64,000 bases of DNA from Anaerolineae bacterium (GCA_016931695.1 JAFGEI010000022.1:397-64396); one strand, 5' to 3'. Numbered from the stretch's first letter, positions 48,125 through 58,863 are shown. The notes: a model not told the origin generated them from the sequence alone. Program-made: numbers and translations.

Positions 48125-50868
48125 CGGAATCGCCGCGCCCCGCCATCCAGCTGCTGCTCACCCGCATCGGCCTGCTGGGGCTGCTGCTGTTCGCCTTTGC
48201 CCTGCGCCTCTACCGGCTGGACGCCCAATCGATCTGGTGGGACGAAGCGATCAGTATCCACCTCGCCCACTGCAGCGCGGCCGAAATCGTCGCCGACCGG
48301 GCCGGGAACCTGCACCCGCCGCTCTACTTTTTTCTCCTCAAGGGCTGGGTTGCCCTGGCCGGCGACGCGCCCTTCAGCGTGCGCTTCCTCTCGGCCTGCA
48401 GCAGCCTGCCGCTGATCCCTGCCCTCTACGCCTTTGGCCGCCGCTGGACGAACCGCCGCGCCGGTTTTCTGGCCGCGCTGCTCGCCGCGCTCTCCCCGCT
48501 CTACCTGGCCTACGCCCAAGAGGCCCGCGTCTATGCGCTGCTGCCCCTGGCTGGCCTGGCCCTGCTGGCCGTAGCCTGGCGCCTGGCAGAAACAGGCGCC
48601 GCGCCCACCCTGTGGCGCCATTGGCTGGCGCTGCTGGCCGCCGAGGCGCTGGCCCTCGGACTGCACTATATGGCGTTGTTCGTCGTCGCCACAATCGTCG
48701 CCGGGCTGTTCATCCGCCTCCGGCGCCGCTCCGACCGGCTGCGGCTGCTGGCGGTCCAGGGACTGGTCCTGCTCGCTCTCCTGCCCTGGCTCCTGGTCGT
48801 CTGGCAGCACGCCGGCGAGCTCGACGCCCGGCTGGCGATGGGCAACTGGCAGGCCGAGGCGGTCACGCTGGCCCACTTTGTCCGCTTATTGTGGGTCTTT
48901 CAGCTGACCGGCCTGAGCGGCCTCGTCGCTGACCCCGCCGCCGTGCTGTCGAGCGCCGCCGCGGCCCTGGCGGCCCTGACCGCGTTCGGATGCCTGGTAT
49001 ACCGCCGCGCGACCCGCGCCACCGCGCTCACCCTGCTGCTGGCCTGGCTGCTTCCCCTGGCCTCCGCCTTTGTCGTCTGGCAGGCCCGGCCCCTCGCCCA
49101 TCCGCGCTATGTGATTCTCTTTACGCCGCCGCTGTTCCTGCTGCTCGCCCTGGCCCTGGAGCGGCTGTTCGCGCGCACCCTGGCCGCGCGGGGCCTGGCA
49201 TCGCTGCTGGCAATCTCGCTGGCGGCGACGTCGGGGCTGGGGATTCTCGCCTACCACGCCCCGCGCTTTGCCAAGGACGACGCGCGCGGGGCGGCGGCGG
49301 CGATCGCCGCGCGCGCCGCGGCGGGCGACCTGGTGCTGACGCCGCCCGAGGACTGGTCGGTGGCTTATTACTACGACGGCCCGGCGCAGGTGGCGATGGT
49401 CCCGACCGGCGACGCGGCGGCCGCCTGGGCGCAGCTGGCGGCGCAGAGCGCGAGGGACAGAACCGTCTTCCTGGTCGACTACTACCGCGGCACGCGGGAC
49501 CCGCGCGGGCTGCTGCCGTTCGCCCTCGAATCCGCCGGCAGCCTGGTCGATCGCTGGCCGTTCAAGGGCCTCTACGTACAGGTCTACCGGATGGAGCGGC
49601 CCGTCGAGCAGCCGGCGCTGGAACCGCTCGACGCCCGTTTTGGCCCGCTGCGGCTGAGCGGCGCCTGGGCCGACCCGCGCGCCGCCGCCGACACCGCCGT
49701 CGCCGTGGCGCTGCGCTGGCAGGTCGCAGGGACATTGGGGCCGCTCCCCTGCCGGGTGGGGCTGCGCTTGCGGGACGCCGACGGCTGGAGCTGGGCCCGG
49801 GCCGACGATTGGCTGCTGGACGACGCCGCCCAGCCCACCACGCGCTGGGCGGTGGGCCAGGAGACCGTCACCTACCACTTACTCGCACTCCCGCCCGGCA
49901 CGCCGCCCCTCACCTACAGCATCACGGCGGAGGTTTACCGGCTGGAGGGGCAGACCGTTCAGCCCCTCGACCTCATGGACGGCGCCGGAAACCCGCAGGG
50001 GCGCTCCGCGACTGCCGCCATCGTTCGCCTGGCCTCCCCCTTGGGCCTGCCCAGCGACCCCTACCGGGTGGGCGATGACGTGCCACGCTGGGAGCAGCCG
50101 CTCCTGCTGGGCGACGGCCTGATCCTGCTCGGCGCCGCGTTGGACCGGGCCGTTGCTGCGCCGGGGCAGCCCATTTTCGTCACGCTGCATTGGGCGGGGG
50201 AGCAGAACAGTCCCCCCCCGCAGGCGACGCTGCTCATCCAGCAGGGCGAGAGCGTGCTGGCAACGACCAGCGCCCCGGTCGGCGGCCGCTACTCCACCGA
50301 CCAGTGGCTCTCCGGGCAGCCGGTGGTCGAGCATCGCTACCTCGTCGTGCCGCCTGCCGCCGCCGACGGTCCGGCCGCGCTGCTGCTGCAGGCAGCCGGG
50401 CAGCGGGTGGAACTGGGGACGATAGAGGTTGCGGCCGGGGAGCGCCGCTTCGACCCGCCGCCGATGAGCCACGAGCTGGGCATCCGCTTTGGCGACGTGG
50501 CGGAACTGCTGGGGTACGACCTGGCGGCGACAACGGTCCCGGCCGGCGAGCCGGTCCCGCTCACCCTATACTGGCGGGCGCTGGAGGGCGCCGCGACCGC
50601 CGACTATACCGTCTTTGCCCACCTCTTGGCCGCCGACGGCCGGCTGGTCGGCCAGCACGACGGCCCCCCCGCCGGCGGCGGCCGCCCGACGACCGGCTGG
50701 CTGCCCGGTGAAATCATTGTTGATCCGCACGTGCTGACCTTTCGCGAAGCATACACCGGCTCGGCCCGCGTCGAGGTCGGCCTGTACGACCCCGCCTCGA
50801 TGGTGCGGGTAGTCGTAGAGGGCGGCGCGGATTTCGTCCTCCTGCCCGCGCTCTTGACCGTCGAGTAG
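48121..50868 (+). CDS. GT-C fold (GT39/PMT_2-like) membrane protein with beta-sandwich repeats
   Basis: ATGA overlap; LRLYRLDAQSIWWDE, HPPLYF, YAQEARVYAL; C-terminal LLGYDL..LTLYW..DYTVFAHL. Confidence 0.8.
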   Translation: MTESPRPAIQLLLTRIGLLGLLLFAFALRLYRLDAQSIWWDEAISIHLAHCSAAEIVADRAGNLHPPLYFFLLKGWVALAGDAPFSVRFLSACSSLPLIPALYAFGRRWTNRRAGFLAALLAALSPLYLAYAQEARVYALLPLAGLALLAVAWRLAETGAAPTLWRHWLALLAAEALALGLHYMALFVVATIVAGLFIRLRRRSDRLRLLAVQGLVLLALLPWLLVVWQHAGELDARLAMGNWQAEAVTLAHFVRLLWVFQLTGLSGLVADPAAVLSSAAAALAALTAFGCLVYRRATRATALTLLLAWLLPLASAFVVWQARPLAHPRYVILFTPPLFLLLALALERLFARTLAARGLASLLAISLAATSGLGILAYHAPRFAKDDARGAAAAIAARAAAGDLVLTPPEDWSVAYYYDGPAQVAMVPTGDAAAAWAQLAAQSARDRTVFLVDYYRGTRDPRGLLPFALESAGSLVDRWPFKGLYVQVYRMERPVEQPALEPLDARFGPLRLSGAWADPRAAADTAVAVALRWQVAGTLGPLPCRVGLRLRDADGWSWARADDWLLDDAAQPTTRWAVGQETVTYHLLALPPGTPPLTYSITAEVYRLEGQTVQPLDLMDGAGNPQGRSATAAIVRLASPLGLPSDPYRVGDDVPRWEQPLLLGDGLILLGAALDRAVAAPGQPIFVTLHWAGEQNSPPPQATLLIQQGESVLATTSAPVGGRYSTDQWLSGQPVVEHRYLVVPPAAADGPAALLLQAAGQRVELGTIEVAAGERRFDPPPMSHELGIRFGDVAELLGYDLAATTVPAGEPVPLTLYWRALEGAATADYTVFAHLLAADGRLVGQHDGPPAGGGRPTTGWLPGEIIVDPHVLTFREAYTGSARVEVGLYDPASMVRVVVEGGADFVLLPALLTVE

Positions 50869-51011
50869 CCGCAGCGCCCTGGGAGGCCGGGCGAGGCAGT
50901 TGTCATACTCTCCCAATGCTGATATAATGGCGGCAAGAAGTGGGCAGTCGGCGTGACGCCCTCGGGTAGCTGCTGCCTGCGCCATGCTCGTTCAAAAGGA
51001 GGAATAGCGTT

Positions 51012-51329
51012 ATGGGAGATTATGGTTATCAGACAGCCCCGCCAAACAGCGGCCTGGCCATCGTTTCGCTAATTGCCAGCATCCTCGGCCTGACCCTCTT
51101 GCCGACGATCGGCAGCATCGCCGGCGTGATCATGGGCTACATGGCCAAGAAGCAGATCGAGGAGAGCAGAGGTGCGATGGGCGGTGAGGGCATGGCCAAG
51201 GCCGGCATTATCATCGGCTGGATCGGCATTGGCCTGGCTGTGCTGGGAGTCTGCATCGCCCTGGCAATCATTCTCGCCAGCGGCGGCATCACCGCCTGCG
51301 CCTTCCTGGAGGCCGGCGGCGGGTACTAA
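51012..51329 (+). CDS. DUF4190-like small membrane protein
   Basis: GGAGG RBS; NSGLAIVSLI..G..AKKQI..GEGMAKAGIIIG. Confidence 0.8.
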   Translation: MGDYGYQTAPPNSGLAIVSLIASILGLTLLPTIGSIAGVIMGYMAKKQIEESRGAMGGEGMAKAGIIIGWIGIGLAVLGVCIALAIILASGGITACAFLEAGGGY

Positions 51330-51598
51330 AAGTCCCAGGCCCTGGACTCTTGCTTTGCCTATCGCGCTGGCCAGCCTGGCGCTGTTGCCCTTCATCCCCA
51401 TCCTGCCGGGGTTGGGCAGCCTGTCGGCGCTCCTGCTGGTTTTGATCCAACAGGAGGCGCCGTGGCACTGGCGGCGCATTGCGGTCGCCATCGTCAGCCT
51501 GGGCGGGTTGACGTTTGCCGCATTACAGACGCTGTCCGCTCTTTTTTCGATGATGGGACTGGCACTTGGAAACAATATCAACTGAAAGGAGAACGAAA

Positions 51599-51820
51599 AT
51601 GTCGGAATTCACACCTGGCCCTTCTTACGATCCTGAACCGTTTACACCTGGCCCCGCGCCCCAAAAGGACTCGAAGAACACCATCCTCATCATTGTCATC
51701 GTCGTCGCGGTCCTGCTGCTCTGCTGCTGCTGCCTGACCATCATTGGCGTCGCCGCCATCTATGGCGAGGACATTATGCGGGCGCTCAGCCAGGCGCTGC
51801 CCTTGTTGCTCGCCAGCTAA
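51599..51820 (+). CDS. Small single-pass membrane protein with Cys cluster
   Basis: AAGGAG RBS; acidic/Pro N-terminus, TM ending LLLCCCCL. Confidence 0.65.
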   Translation: MSEFTPGPSYDPEPFTPGPAPQKDSKNTILIIVIVVAVLLLCCCCLTIIGVAAIYGEDIMRALSQALPLLLAS

Positions 51821-51979
51821 CCAGCAGACACCCATCATTTCTGGCAGCAGCATGGTTACACTTGAGCCACTGGCTCAAGTGCGTGCCTGGAAACATCTCC
51901 CACGGCGCGCAATCGGGAAAGAGGGGGGGGGTTGCAGCCCGCAAAGCCCCCCTCTCCTGCCAACACAGATCGTCTTTCG

Positions 51980-53842
51980 ATGGTCATCCACGTCCCGGAG
52001 CGCATACAGCAGACCCTGCACGGCCTGCCCGCCCAGCCCGGCGTCTACTTGATGCGCAACGTCGAGGGACGGGTGATCTATGTCGGCAAGGCGGTCAACC
52101 TCCATAACCGCGTCCGCTCCTACTTTACCCCATCGGCCCAGGAAAACTCCAAGGTGCGCTGCATGGTCGGCGAGATTGCCGACCTCGAGTTCATCGTCAC
52201 CGACACCGAGCTGGAAGCCCTGATCCTGGAGGCCAACCTGATCAAGGCCCATCGTCCCCGCTTCAACGTGCGGCTGCGGGACGACAAGCGTTACCCCTAC
52301 ATCAAGATCACCTGGGCCGAACCGTTCCCCCGCGTGTTCATCACGCGGCGGATGGAGCGGGACGGCAGTCGCTACTTTGGTCCCTTCACTTCCGCCTCGG
52401 CGGTGCGCTCGACGCTGGACCTGCTGCGGCGCACCTTTCCCTATCTCACCTGCAACCGCGAGATCAGCGGCACGGACGAGCGGGCCTGTCTCTACCACGA
52501 CATCAAGCTCTGCATGGCCCCCTGCATCGGCGCGGCAAGCCAGGAAGACTACCGCGCCATGATCCGGGGCTTGATCCGTTTCCTGGAAGGGCGCGCCGAC
52601 GATATCCTCGCTCAGCTCCAGGCCGAGATGCAGGCTTCGTCCGATGCGTTGGACTTTGAGCGCGCCGCAACCCTGCGGGACCAGCTGCAGGCGGCGCGGC
52701 GAATCGTCGAGCGGCAAAAGATCGTCGCCGCGGCCGGCAGCGACCAGGACGTGGTCGCCTTTGCCCGCGCCGACGGCGATGCCTGCGTGCAGGTATTTTT
52801 CATTCGCGGCGGCAAGCTGCTGGGACGCGAGTTCTTTTTGTTGGAAGGGGCCGAGGCGGAGCAAGACCAGCAAGTAATGGCCGCTTTTCTCAAGCAGTTC
52901 TACGAGGAGGCGGCCTACGTGCCGCCCGAGGTCATCCTGCCGCAAAACGTCGACGAGGCGCTGGTCATCGAAGAGTGGCTGCGCAGCAAGCGCGGCGCCA
53001 AGGTTGCGCTCCGCGTGCCGCGCCGTGGGCGCAAGCGAGAACTGGTGCAAATGGCAGCAACCAACGCCGCCCAGATGCTGCAAATCGTCCGGGCACAGTG
53101 GGACGTCGACAGCCACAAGCAGGAACTGGCCCTCGACGAACTGCAAGAAGCATTGGAACTGTCTGCTCGTCCCGCGCGCATCGAATGTTACGACGTGTCG
53201 ACCAGCCAGGGCGCCCAGACCACCGCCAGCATGGTCGTCTTTGAGCAAGGGGTCCCCAAAAAGTCCCACTACCGCCGGTTCGTCATCCGCGGCGTGGCCG
53301 GACCGGACGATTACGCCGGCATGCGCGAGGTGCTCACCCGGCGGCTCAAGCGCTGGCAGGCCGCTGCGTCGGAAGCGGCAAAGGGCAGCCGCGACGTCAA
53401 GGCGTGGGCGCTGTTGCCGGATTTATTGATCGTCGACGGCGGCAAAGGGCAGCTGAACGTGGCGCTGGAAGTGCTCGAATCCTTTGGGCTGCGAGAGCGG
53501 GTGCGGGCAATCGGCCTGGCAAAGCGGGAAGAAGAGGTTTTCTTGCCCGGTCACCCCAAGCCGGTTCTGCTGCCCAAAAACTCGCCGGGGTTGTTCCTGC
53601 TCCAGCGCGTCCGGGACGAAGCACACCGCTTTGCCATCAGCCACCACCGCACGCGGCGGCGGAAGGCGGGCCTGGCCTCCGAGCTCGACAGCATCCCCGG
53701 CATCGGCCCGGCGCGCCGGCGGGCGCTGCTGCGCGCCTTTGGCTCGCTGCACCTCGTCCGTGCGGCCAGCGTCGAGGAACTGGCCGCCGTGCCCGGCATC
53801 CCCCGCCGCGTGGCGGAGGCGGTCAAAGAGCATTTGGGGTAG
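51980..53842 (+). CDS. uvrC: Excinuclease ABC subunit C
   Basis: LPAQPGVYLM..IYVGKA..RVRSYF, RIECYDVS, IVDGGKGQ, RDEAHRFAI, HhH tail. Confidence 0.96.
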   Translation: MVIHVPERIQQTLHGLPAQPGVYLMRNVEGRVIYVGKAVNLHNRVRSYFTPSAQENSKVRCMVGEIADLEFIVTDTELEALILEANLIKAHRPRFNVRLRDDKRYPYIKITWAEPFPRVFITRRMERDGSRYFGPFTSASAVRSTLDLLRRTFPYLTCNREISGTDERACLYHDIKLCMAPCIGAASQEDYRAMIRGLIRFLEGRADDILAQLQAEMQASSDALDFERAATLRDQLQAARRIVERQKIVAAAGSDQDVVAFARADGDACVQVFFIRGGKLLGREFFLLEGAEAEQDQQVMAAFLKQFYEEAAYVPPEVILPQNVDEALVIEEWLRSKRGAKVALRVPRRGRKRELVQMAATNAAQMLQIVRAQWDVDSHKQELALDELQEALELSARPARIECYDVSTSQGAQTTASMVVFEQGVPKKSHYRRFVIRGVAGPDDYAGMREVLTRRLKRWQAAASEAAKGSRDVKAWALLPDLLIVDGGKGQLNVALEVLESFGLRERVRAIGLAKREEEVFLPGHPKPVLLPKNSPGLFLLQRVRDEAHRFAISHHRTRRRKAGLASELDSIPGIGPARRRALLRAFGSLHLVRAASVEELAAVPGIPRRVAEAVKEHLG

Positions 53843-56800
53843 CTAGAACCCCTCCAGTTGCCCCAGGTCGGCGATGCCCTCGGCCAGCCCGGCGACGTGC
53901 TGCAGCAGCGCCAGCCGGTTCTCCCGCAGGACAGGATCGTCGTCCATCACCAGCACGCCCGATTCGCGGGCGAAAAAGCGGTCGATGACGTCCACCAGCG
54001 GCAGGAAGGCGGTCAGGAAATCGTCGACCGAACTCGACGGCGTGACGCGGCTCCGCGCCTGTCGATATGCCGCGTACAGCTCTTCCTCTGCCGGCTCGAC
54101 CAAGCGGTCCGGCTCGAGGGCGAGCGGCGCGTCGAAACTGCGGGTGATGCGCACGCAGCGCGCATAGTTGTCGAGAATGCGCGGCCAATCCCCCCGCTCG
54201 ATCCAGCGGCTCAACTGTCCCGCCGCCTCCTGGGCGCGGAAGGGATCGTCGCCGCGGGCGGCGAGCACCGCCTCCACCACGTCGTAGCGCAAGCCCTGGT
54301 CGCGCAAATAGACCCGCAGCCGCCCGGCGACAAACTCCCGCGCCGCTTGCAGCGCCGCGGCGTCCGCCGCGACGGGCAGCAGCGAGGCAGCCATGGATAG
54401 CCCCGCCGCGACAGAGAAGGAGAGGCCGGCAGCGATCAGGATCTGCACCATGCCCAGGGCGCTCCGGCGCAGGCCGTACGGATCGGTGGAGCCGCTGGGC
54501 GCCATGCCCACCGCAAAGAGCCCGGCCAGGCTGTCCAGCCGGTCGGCCAGCCCCACGACCAGGCCAGCCTGACCCGCCGGCAGCGCATCCCCGGCAAAGC
54601 GGGGCAGGTAATGGTCGAAAATTGCCTCGGCCACCGCGGGCGGCTCACCCGACTGAAGGGCATACTCCCGTCCCATCACCCCCTGCAAGCTGGTAAACTC
54701 GACCACCATCTGCGTCGCCAGGTCGGCCTTGCAGAGATGGGCCGCGCGCGCGGCCGTCGCCGCCGTCGCTCCGTCCAATCCCAACGCGCGGCACAGTTCC
54801 GGCGCCAGCTTTTCCAGGCGCTGGCTCTTTTGCCGCACCGATCCCAGCGTCTCCTGAAAGGTCAGCGTGTCGAGGCGCGGTAGGAAGGCTTGCAGCGGCT
54901 GTCGGGTATCCTCGCGGTAAAAATAGTCGGCGTCGGCAAAGCGGGCGCGGATGACCTCCTCGTTGCCTTGGCGGACGACGTCGAGGTGCTCCGGCCCGCC
55001 GTTGCGGACGGCGACAAAGTAGGGCAGCAGCCGTCCCGCCGGGTCGTAGACCGGGAAATAGCGCTGGTGCTTTTTCATCACCGCGATCAGGACGGCAGCG
55101 GGCAGGGCCAGGTACTGCGGGTCGAAGCGGCCCAGGAAAGCGGTCGGCTGCTCGACCAGGTGGGTGACCTCCTGCAAAAGGTCCGGGTCGTCGACAACTC
55201 GCCCGCCGACGCTCTGGGCCAGCTCCGCCGCCTGCGCGGCGATGGCCGCCCGCCGCTCAGCCGGGTCGACGACGATCCGCTGCTGCGCGACCCGGTCCAG
55301 GTAATCGCCCGCCCGGGCGACGTCAAAGGGCGGCGACCCCGCCGGCCGCGGGCCGCGACTGGAGCGCCCGGCCTGCACCCCGGCGTACTCGAAAGGCACG
55401 ACCCGCTCCCCCAACAACGACACGTACCAGCGGAGGGGGCGGGAGAAGGCGACCCCCGTTTCGTTCCAGCGCATGCTCTTCTGAAAGCTCAGGCCAGCGA
55501 CGAGGTCGGGCAACACCTCGCCCAGCACCTCGGCGGCCGGGCGCCCCTCCTGTCGCCGCACCGCGACCACATACTCCCCGCCGTCGATCTCGCGCACCGC
55601 CAGTTCGTCGACCGGCAGGCCATGCTTGCGCGCAAAGCCCACGGCGGCCTGCGTCGGGCGGCCGCTGGCGTCAAAAGCGGCCCGGGCAGGAGGGCCCTTC
55701 ACCCACTCCTCGACCGCTCGCTGGCGGGGAGAGAGGCCATCGACCAGCACCGCCATTCGCCGCGGCGTTCCCACCACCCGCACGCCCTCGTACTCCAGCC
55801 GCGCTTCCGCCAGCAGCGCCGGGACGCGCTCGCGCAGTTGGGCCAGCGCGCTGTCGAGATCGCCGGCGGGCAGTTCCTCGCTGCCAATCTCTAACAAGAA
55901 GGTTGCAGGTTGCAGGTTCCAGGTTTCAGGTCGATCAAGCCGGGAACCTGAAACCTGCGAACCTGGAACTGTTTCCAGCCAGGGATATTCCAGCCGCTGG
56001 CGCTGCTCCAGGTAGGCCTGCGACGTCCGCTGGGCCATCTCGCGCATGCGGCGGAAAAAGGTCGCCCGCTCGGTGACGCCGACCGCCCCCCGCGTATCCA
56101 ACAAGTTGAAAGCGTGGGAACAGCGCAGGACGTGGTCGTGGGCCGGGATGACCAGCCCCGCCTCCAGGCAGCGGTAGGCCTCCGCTTCGTAGAGGTCGTA
56201 CAACTGGCGCAGGGTGTCGACGTCGGCCAGCTCAAAGCCGTAGCGACAGTGCTCGACCTCCGCTTCCAGGTAGACGTCGCCGTAGGTGTGGGCGCCATCC
56301 CACCGGATGTCCCACACCGAGCGCACCCGTTGCAGAAACATGATGATCCGCTCCAACCCATACGTGATCTCTACCGCGGGCGGCTCCAGGTTGAACCCCC
56401 CGGCCTGCTGAAAGTAGGTGAATTGGGTGATCTCGAGCCCGTCGAGCCACACCTCCCATCCCAGCCCCCAGGCGCCCAGGGCGGGAGTCTCCCAGTTGTC
56501 CTCGACAAAACGGACGTCGTGCTCCTGGCGGCGGATGCCCAGCGCCTCCAGGCTCTGCAGGTAAAGCTCCTGCGGGTTGCCGGGGTCGGGTTTCAGGATG
56601 ACCTGCAGCTGGGTGTGCATCTGCATGCGGTTGGGGTTCTCCCCATAGCGCCCGTCGTCGGGGCGGTAGGACGGTTCGACGTAGGCGACGTTCCACGGCT
56701 CTGGCCCGAGGACGCGCAGGATCGTGGCCGGGTTCATCGTCCCTGCCCCGACCTTTTCGCTGTAGGGCTGCCAGATCAGGCAGCCGTGATCGGCCCAGAA

Positions 56801-56848
56801 CTGTTGCAGGCGCAACAGGGCTTGTTGGAATGTCAGCGGGTTGCTCAT
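53843..56848 (-). CDS. glyQS: Fused glycine--tRNA ligase alpha+beta subunits
   Basis: Start moved to ATG 56848. Alpha: [34 protein letters not shown]. Beta: [23 protein letters not shown]. Confidence 0.94.
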   Translation of the reverse strand: MSNPLTFQQALLRLQQFWADHGCLIWQPYSEKVGAGTMNPATILRVLGPEPWNVAYVEPSYRPDDGRYGENPNRMQMHTQLQVILKPDPGNPQELYLQSLEALGIRRQEHDVRFVEDNWETPALGAWGLGWEVWLDGLEITQFTYFQQAGGFNLEPPAVEITYGLERIIMFLQRVRSVWDIRWDGAHTYGDVYLEAEVEHCRYGFELADVDTLRQLYDLYEAEAYRCLEAGLVIPAHDHVLRCSHAFNLLDTRGAVGVTERATFFRRMREMAQRTSQAYLEQRQRLEYPWLETVPGSQVSGSRLDRPETWNLQPATFLLEIGSEELPAGDLDSALAQLRERVPALLAEARLEYEGVRVVGTPRRMAVLVDGLSPRQRAVEEWVKGPPARAAFDASGRPTQAAVGFARKHGLPVDELAVREIDGGEYVVAVRRQEGRPAAEVLGEVLPDLVAGLSFQKSMRWNETGVAFSRPLRWYVSLLGERVVPFEYAGVQAGRSSRGPRPAGSPPFDVARAGDYLDRVAQQRIVVDPAERRAAIAAQAAELAQSVGGRVVDDPDLLQEVTHLVEQPTAFLGRFDPQYLALPAAVLIAVMKKHQRYFPVYDPAGRLLPYFVAVRNGGPEHLDVVRQGNEEVIRARFADADYFYREDTRQPLQAFLPRLDTLTFQETLGSVRQKSQRLEKLAPELCRALGLDGATAATAARAAHLCKADLATQMVVEFTSLQGVMGREYALQSGEPPAVAEAIFDHYLPRFAGDALPAGQAGLVVGLADRLDSLAGLFAVGMAPSGSTDPYGLRRSALGMVQILIAAGLSFSVAAGLSMAASLLPVAADAAALQAAREFVAGRLRVYLRDQGLRYDVVEAVLAARGDDPFRAQEAAGQLSRWIERGDWPRILDNYARCVRITRSFDAPLALEPDRLVEPAEEELYAAYRQARSRVTPSSSVDDFLTAFLPLVDVIDRFFARESGVLVMDDDPVLRENRLALLQHVAGLAEGIADLGQLEGF

Positions 56849-56858
56849 TCGGCTCCTT

Positions 56859-57659
56859 TCATATCCCGCCTTCCCGCCGCAGCCGCTGCAGAAAGGCGCC
56901 GGAGCGGACCTCGCGCTCCAGGTGATAGGCGATATAGTGTTGGGCGGCCCGCTCGACCTCGCGCAGCAGTTGTGGCGTCGCCGGCCAATTGCGCAGGGCG
57001 ACGAACGGCTCCCGTTGGCAGGCCCGCAGCAGGGCCAACGCGGCGGGAGAGAGGGGGACGACCCCCCGCCGCTCGCGGTGGGTGCGGAAGCATTGGGGAC
57101 ACAGCACGCCGCCTCGCTCGGGGTCCAGGCCAAAGAGCTGCTCCCCCGTCGCCTCCAGGGGCTGCCCGTCAGCGTGATCCTCCCATCCCACGCACTGTTC
57201 CCATTCAGGCCGAAAACCGACCTGCGCCAGCAGCCGCTGTTCGTAGCCGCGCACCAGCAGCGGGAGCTGTTCTTCGCGGCACAGATACCCCATGACCCGC
57301 ACCATCAGGTCAAAGAGAGCAGGATTTCCCTCCCCTTCGGCGACGAAATGATCGTACAGCTCGGCGACGTAGCGGGCGTAGGTGCCGCGGGCCAGGTCGT
57401 CCCGCAGAGCAGCGTGGGGCGCCACCGTCTCCGCCTGGCTGACCACGTCCCACGACGAGCGGCTGCGCGCCAGGACGAGATGCACGTGGGCAAAGAGTTC
57501 CAGATGCCCCGCCTTGCGGCTGCGGACCTTGCGCGCGCCGCGGGCAATGACCGCCAGCTTGCCCATCGGCGTGCAGAGGGTGAGGATTCGGTCGGCCTCG
57601 CCCTGGTTGCGCCGGCGGATGATGATTGCCTCTGTGCGGTAGATTCGTTGGCTGCTCAT
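56859..57659 (-). CDS. recO: DNA repair protein RecO
   Basis: [27 protein letters not shown]...C, GGVLCPQC. Confidence 0.92.
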   Translation of the reverse strand: MSSQRIYRTEAIIIRRRNQGEADRILTLCTPMGKLAVIARGARKVRSRKAGHLELFAHVHLVLARSRSSWDVVSQAETVAPHAALRDDLARGTYARYVAELYDHFVAEGEGNPALFDLMVRVMGYLCREEQLPLLVRGYEQRLLAQVGFRPEWEQCVGWEDHADGQPLEATGEQLFGLDPERGGVLCPQCFRTHRERRGVVPLSPAALALLRACQREPFVALRNWPATPQLLREVERAAQHYIAYHLEREVRSGAFLQRLRREGGI

Positions 57660-57734
57660 TTGCAGCGGGTATTATACCACATATCTCCTGCAAAACTGTC
57701 ACTTGTCCCCCTCATTTCTTGGAGTATAATAACG

Positions 57735-57875
57735 ATGTAACTGCTCAGGAAGCTCTCCCACTCTGGAAGAGGGAAAAATGTGGAGTTGCGGGCGGCTTCG
57801 CCGCCCGCAACTCCCACATCCTCCCCTTTCTGGACTTGGGAGGGATTCCAGAGGCAACCGGCCGAGCAGCTACAT
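57735..57875. repeat. MITE-like long palindromic element between recO and comEA
   Basis: Imperfect terminal IR atgtaactgctcag / ccgagcagctacat; perfect 15-bp central stem 57782-57796 / 57800-57814 with TTC loop. Confidence 0.7.
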
Positions 57876-58000
57876 ACCGACAACGACTCGGGCTGCTCCA
57901 CCGGATGTGCTTCCCCGCCAGAGGAAGGGCCGGCATCCAGGGACAGGCCAGGCCGTTGCCGATAACCTATAACAACGCCGTCCACAAAGTAGAGGTATCC

Positions 58001-58600
58001 ATGGAAGCAATCGTCGCCCGATATCGCAGTGTTCTGATCCTTTGTTCGACTTTGAGCCTGGTCACAGGCGGGCTGATCGGATTCTTCACCCCCCATCCCC
58101 AGCGGCCCCCGCTTGCGGTGGCGACCCCCGAACCGACGCCAACGCCCACGCCGACCGCCACCCCCAGCCCGTTACGCATCTATGTCAGTGGGGCAGTGAT
58201 GGCCCCTGCCGTTTACCGTCTCCCCCCTGGCAGCCTGGTCGAGGATGCCATTCGCGCCGCCGGCGGCGCGGCAGTCAGCGCCGACCTGGACCACGTCAAC
58301 CTGGCCCAAGAGTTGTCGGACCAACAGCAAGTCTACGTTCCCGCCCAGGGAGAGATCGATGCACTCCCCCAGCTGCCCGACCCAGTCCCACCCGACAGCA
58401 CTCGAGCGCTGAACATCAACACCGCCACCGTCGAAGAGCTGGAGCGATTGCCCCAGGTTGGCCCGACGACCGCCCAACGGATCGTCGAGTACCGCGAGAC
58501 CTATGGCCCGTTTGCGGCGATCGAAGAGATCATGCAGGTGCCGGGCATCGGCCCGGCAACGTTCGAGCAAATCTGTGACCAGATCACGATCAGTGAATAA
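58001..58600 (+). CDS. comEA: ComEA-family DNA-binding protein (SLBB + HhH)
   Basis: TM, PT linker, YVSGAV..P.VY.LP, VNLAQ, LNINTAT.EELERLPQVG, VPGIG. Confidence 0.88.
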   Translation: MEAIVARYRSVLILCSTLSLVTGGLIGFFTPHPQRPPLAVATPEPTPTPTPTATPSPLRIYVSGAVMAPAVYRLPPGSLVEDAIRAAGGAAVSADLDHVNLAQELSDQQQVYVPAQGEIDALPQLPDPVPPDSTRALNINTATVEELERLPQVGPTTAQRIVEYRETYGPFAAIEEIMQVPGIGPATFEQICDQITISE

Positions 58601-58611
58601 GAGAAACGCAC

Positions 58612-58640
58612 TTGACAATGCTGCTTACTTGTGGTAATCT
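58612..58640 (+). promoter_or_regulatory. Sigma70-like promoter
   Basis: TTGACA-17 nt-TAATCT with TG extension. Confidence 0.6.
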
Positions 58641-58648
58641 CTAAAAAG

Positions 58649-58799
58649 TTGTAACTGCTCAGGCTATTCGCCTGGGGGTGTCGTCCGCTGACCCACGCGG
58701 GGCTTGGCTAACTGAGCCCGGCCGCTTTAGCGCCGGGCGAGGACACGGAAAGAGCAAACATGCTTCTGAACCAGCCCATCCAAAGTTGAGCAGTTACAA
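58649..58799 (+). other. Structured leader/ncRNA or MITE closed by a 13-bp inverted repeat
   Basis: ttgtaactgctca / tgagcagttacaa enclosing several internal hairpins. Confidence 0.55.
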
Positions 58800-58863
58800 A
58801 ATCTCTTGTCTGCACATTTCACTGCAGGGAGAGGCGGCTGATTTATACCTGAAGGAGCATAGA

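Noticed and set aside
51860-51960. G-rich/C-rich hairpin upstream of uvrC as a riboswitch or another element copy
   Set aside because: Pairing is imperfect and it lacks both the shared core and the terminal repeats; cannot be supported beyond a possible degenerate repeat.
53843-56848. glyQ-glyS fusion as a novelty
   Set aside because: Fused GlyQS is already known in several bacterial lineages and plastids.
58649-58799. Calling the structured leader a tRNA, 6S RNA or c-di-GMP riboswitch
   Set aside because: No T-loop/CCA, no clear 6S central bubble and no recognisable GEMM motifs by eye; left unassigned pending an Rfam scan.
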